From a virus (lineage: Duplodnaviria > Caudoviricetes): 57,704 nucleotides of DNA. The notes under the pieces were generated by a model that saw nothing but the letters and a program-made list of their open reading frames with translations, ran no database searches and was not told the origin of the DNA. The DNA is taken from positions 1 to 57,704 of the IMG/VR virus record IMGVR_UViG_3300032245_001105; one strand, written 5' to 3'. Positions 57,121 through 57,704 of the stretch are shown piece by piece (the stretch's first letter is position 1; every line of letters begins with the position of its first letter). Both the position numbers and the translations under genes were made by a program.

Positions 57121-57704
57121 TACAGATTCCTGTATATGTCTAGTAGCAAGTTCTTGTTAAACTTGTCGCTTTCGATGTTGCTGAGTTGCCCTGTGACAAT
57201 TTGATCCACACTTTCAAACGCAATATTGCCCTGTATTTCGTATTCGGTCAAGTCTGTGACTTTGGCCGGAATCAGTGTAATTTCTCTGAGTTTGTATTGA
57301 TCGATGAAAGTTTCTTTAATAAAGGTTGCTTCTTCGTAACTGATATCCACATCCAAGTTGACACGACAATGCATTCCGGGTTGTAGCATTGCTTCAGTGT
57401 GTTGTAGCACATCACTGAGTTGAAACACACGATACCTGGGTTGATCAGGCCACGCATGGTGCACCGGCTCTTTGCCCCATTCTAATATCATTAAGCCACG
57501 ATCATCGTCGCCGGCATCGGCATAGTTGTGTGGGAAACAGTTGCCAATGTAGGTGATATTCTTTTGTGTTTGTCGTTTGTGAAAATGTCCAGTAAACACA
57601 TGATCAAATCCGCCAAAGTGTTCTCTACGTACATCGCCATGCTCGGGCATGGCCACCATGGCATTCATCAAGTAGCCTGGCAACTCAAAGTGCCCAAACA
57701 TGTA
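57120..57704 (-). CDS. gp47: Recombination endonuclease nuclease subunit (SbcD/Mre11-like), N-terminus outside the window
   Basis: FGHFEL, VFTGHFHKRQ and YIGN metallophosphoesterase motifs; upstream of gp46. Confidence 0.92.
   Translation of the reverse strand, partial: YMFGHFELPGYLMNAMVAMPEHGDVRREHFGGFDHVFTGHFHKRQTQKNITYIGNCFPHNYADAGDDDRGLMILEWGKEPVHHAWPDQPRYRVFQLSDVLQHTEAMLQPGMHCRVNLDVDISYEEATFIKETFIDQYKLREITLIPAKVTDLTEYEIQGNIAFESVDQIVTGQLSNIESDKFNKNLLLDIYRNL

Noticed and set aside
1-57704. tRNA genes, integrase/transposase, alternative genetic code
   Set aside because: No cloverleaf or T-loop motif in the intergenic gaps and no mobile-element enzyme. Core genes translate full-length in the standard code, with TAA, TAG and TGA all used as stops.

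Overview
This window is from a large tailed dsDNA phage (contractile-tail myovirus, distantly T4-like, standard genetic code). It covers the virion morphogenesis cluster: a putative small terminase, gp4-like head-completion nuclease, tail tube (plus a paralogue), sheath, neck gp13/gp14, gp15, about 21 kb of modular fibre/appendage genes, gp23-gp22-gp21-core-gp20, a tape-measure-like protein, gp26/gp51 and gp46/gp47. Accessory genes are interleaved: a Bug/TctC solute-binding protein, an alpha/beta hydrolase, a dNMP kinase, a Nudix hydrolase, a Maf/GT-like protein, an MTA/SAH nucleosidase with APRT, and three radical SAM enzymes. A recurrent TAAATA late-promoter motif, several sigma70-type promoters, terminators and RBS-sequestering hairpins are visible. 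The most unusual element is a ~440-nt, densely base-paired non-coding region (51757-52196, minus strand) that starts at the stop codon of a minimal, Lys-rich GIY-YIG nuclease gene. It contains a pseudoknot, multi-way junctions and two 26-nt repeats that each carry a variable 9-nt core, making it a candidate nuclease-associated large ncRNA/RNP system. All gene calls come from motif recognition and all RNA folds were done by eye; no database search or folding program was run.
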